From positions 1 to 46,487 of the forward strand of contig CAZCCY010000003.1 of NCBI GenBank assembly GCA_964497545.1: a stretch of DNA of 46,487 bases, given 5' to 3'. Made by a program: the position numbers and the translations under genes. The notes beneath the pieces were generated by a model. It had not been told where the DNA came from. It did no database searches and worked only from the letters and a program-made list of their open reading frames with translations. Positions 45,790-46,487 of this stretch are shown piece after piece. Within the stretch, counting starts at the first letter, position 1, and each line of letters starts with the position of its first letter. The stretch is from an uncultured Methanosarcinales archaeon. GTDB taxonomy: Archaea > Halobacteriota > Methanosarcinia > Methanosarcinales > CAZCCY01.

Positions 45790-46487
45790 AAAAATCCCAG
45801 GATTGTGAACTATGCTGAAAACGGAGGAATGGTTAATGATAAGAGATTTGCATGCACAGGGTTTGAGCATCAGTGCGATATCAGAAAAAACAGGGTATGA
45901 CAGAAAGACCGTACGGAAATATTTGAATTTAACATCCATACCAGAACCAAAGAAACAGGCTAAAAAAGGGAGCAAGCTCGATAATTATAAGGATTACATT
46001 ATTGAGAAGCTTCATGAAGGACCTTTCACAGCAGCCCGTTTATTTCGTGAAATACAGGAAATGGGCTTTACAGGGAAATACACAATAGTCAAGGATTTCG
46101 TCAGAGAAGTTAGACCAGAGCAGGGAGTTGAGGCTGTTTACAGATATGAGACAAAACCAGGCAGGTTGACTGGTCAGAAATCGGTAAAGTAGAGATAGAC
46201 GGCAAAACACTGAAACTATACTGCTTCAACATGATACTCGGTTATTCGAGGATGAGGTATATCGAATTCACACTGAGCATTGATGTATATACCTTGATAC
46301 AATGCCATCTGAACGCATTTCATTACTTTGGCGGATATCCGAAGGAAATACTCTATGATAATATGAAGCAAATAGTGATAAAGCGAGCAATAAAATCCTC
46401 AGACTCGGAATGGAACACTAAGTTTGAGGACTTCTTCAACTTTTCGTCGCAAGGAGTCCCCTTCCGAAAGGGAGGGGAGGAATTGCG
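45746..46487 (+). mobile_element. IS21-family insertion sequence, left end and istA (runs off the window)
   Basis: The TG-initiated end is 'tgtgtcaatggcggtcaaaaatt' with repeated GTCAA/TTGAC motifs. A 10-bp inverted repeat ACAATCCTGG/CCAGGATTGT lies before the istA ATG. IstA-like protein follows. Confidence 0.7.
45812..46487 (+). pseudogene. istA: IS21 IstA transposase, frameshifted near 46160-46165
   Basis: The HTH 'LSISAISEKTGYDRKTVRKYL' is in frame 2 and ends 'YETKPGRLTGQKSVK*'. The expected continuation 'QVDWSEIGKVEIDGKTLKLYCFNMILGYSRM...EILYDNMK' is in frame 1 from 46162. Confidence 0.7.

Overview
This 46.5-kb window is from a euryarchaeon. Marker genes include aCPSF1, proteasome beta, aIF2-beta, uL16/L10e, ABCE1, aRF1, archaeal riboflavin synthase, the IPK plus type-2 IDI mevalonate genes, cdrS-ftsZ and a PGF-CTERM sorting signal. 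A Methanosarcinales/ANME-like origin is only an inference from gene content. Most of the window is housekeeping core: tmk, SOR, argB, argF, hemA, lipA, gpmI, sdhABC and a MiaB-family enzyme. No tRNA, rRNA or CRISPR array was recognised by eye. Four accessory features stand out. (1) At 16.5-26.5 kb a YkoCDE-type ECF importer has a DUF3344 surface protein translationally coupled between its T and S components. The S component itself carries a secreted beta-sandwich ectodomain, and three larger DUF3344 paralogues with PGF/PEF-like anchors follow. This is my best candidate for an undescribed system. (2) A family of short multi-hairpin repeat elements with GAA/TTC triloops is inserted in-frame into tmk and into a GlmU-like gene, on opposite coding strands. 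Compensatory stem substitutions separate the copies, which resembles Rickettsia palindromic elements. (3) A 2.1-kb low-GC islet is flanked by perfect 57-bp direct repeats formed by a duplicated gpmI 3' end. It has no integrase and carries two secreted proteins and a membrane-anchored wHTH protein. (4) Several decayed mobile or defence remnants are present: an R-M fragment, an IS1634-like fragment, a frameshifted IS21 inserted in hicB, and a low-GC DUF3800 gene. All family calls come from motif recognition in the supplied translations. No database search was run.
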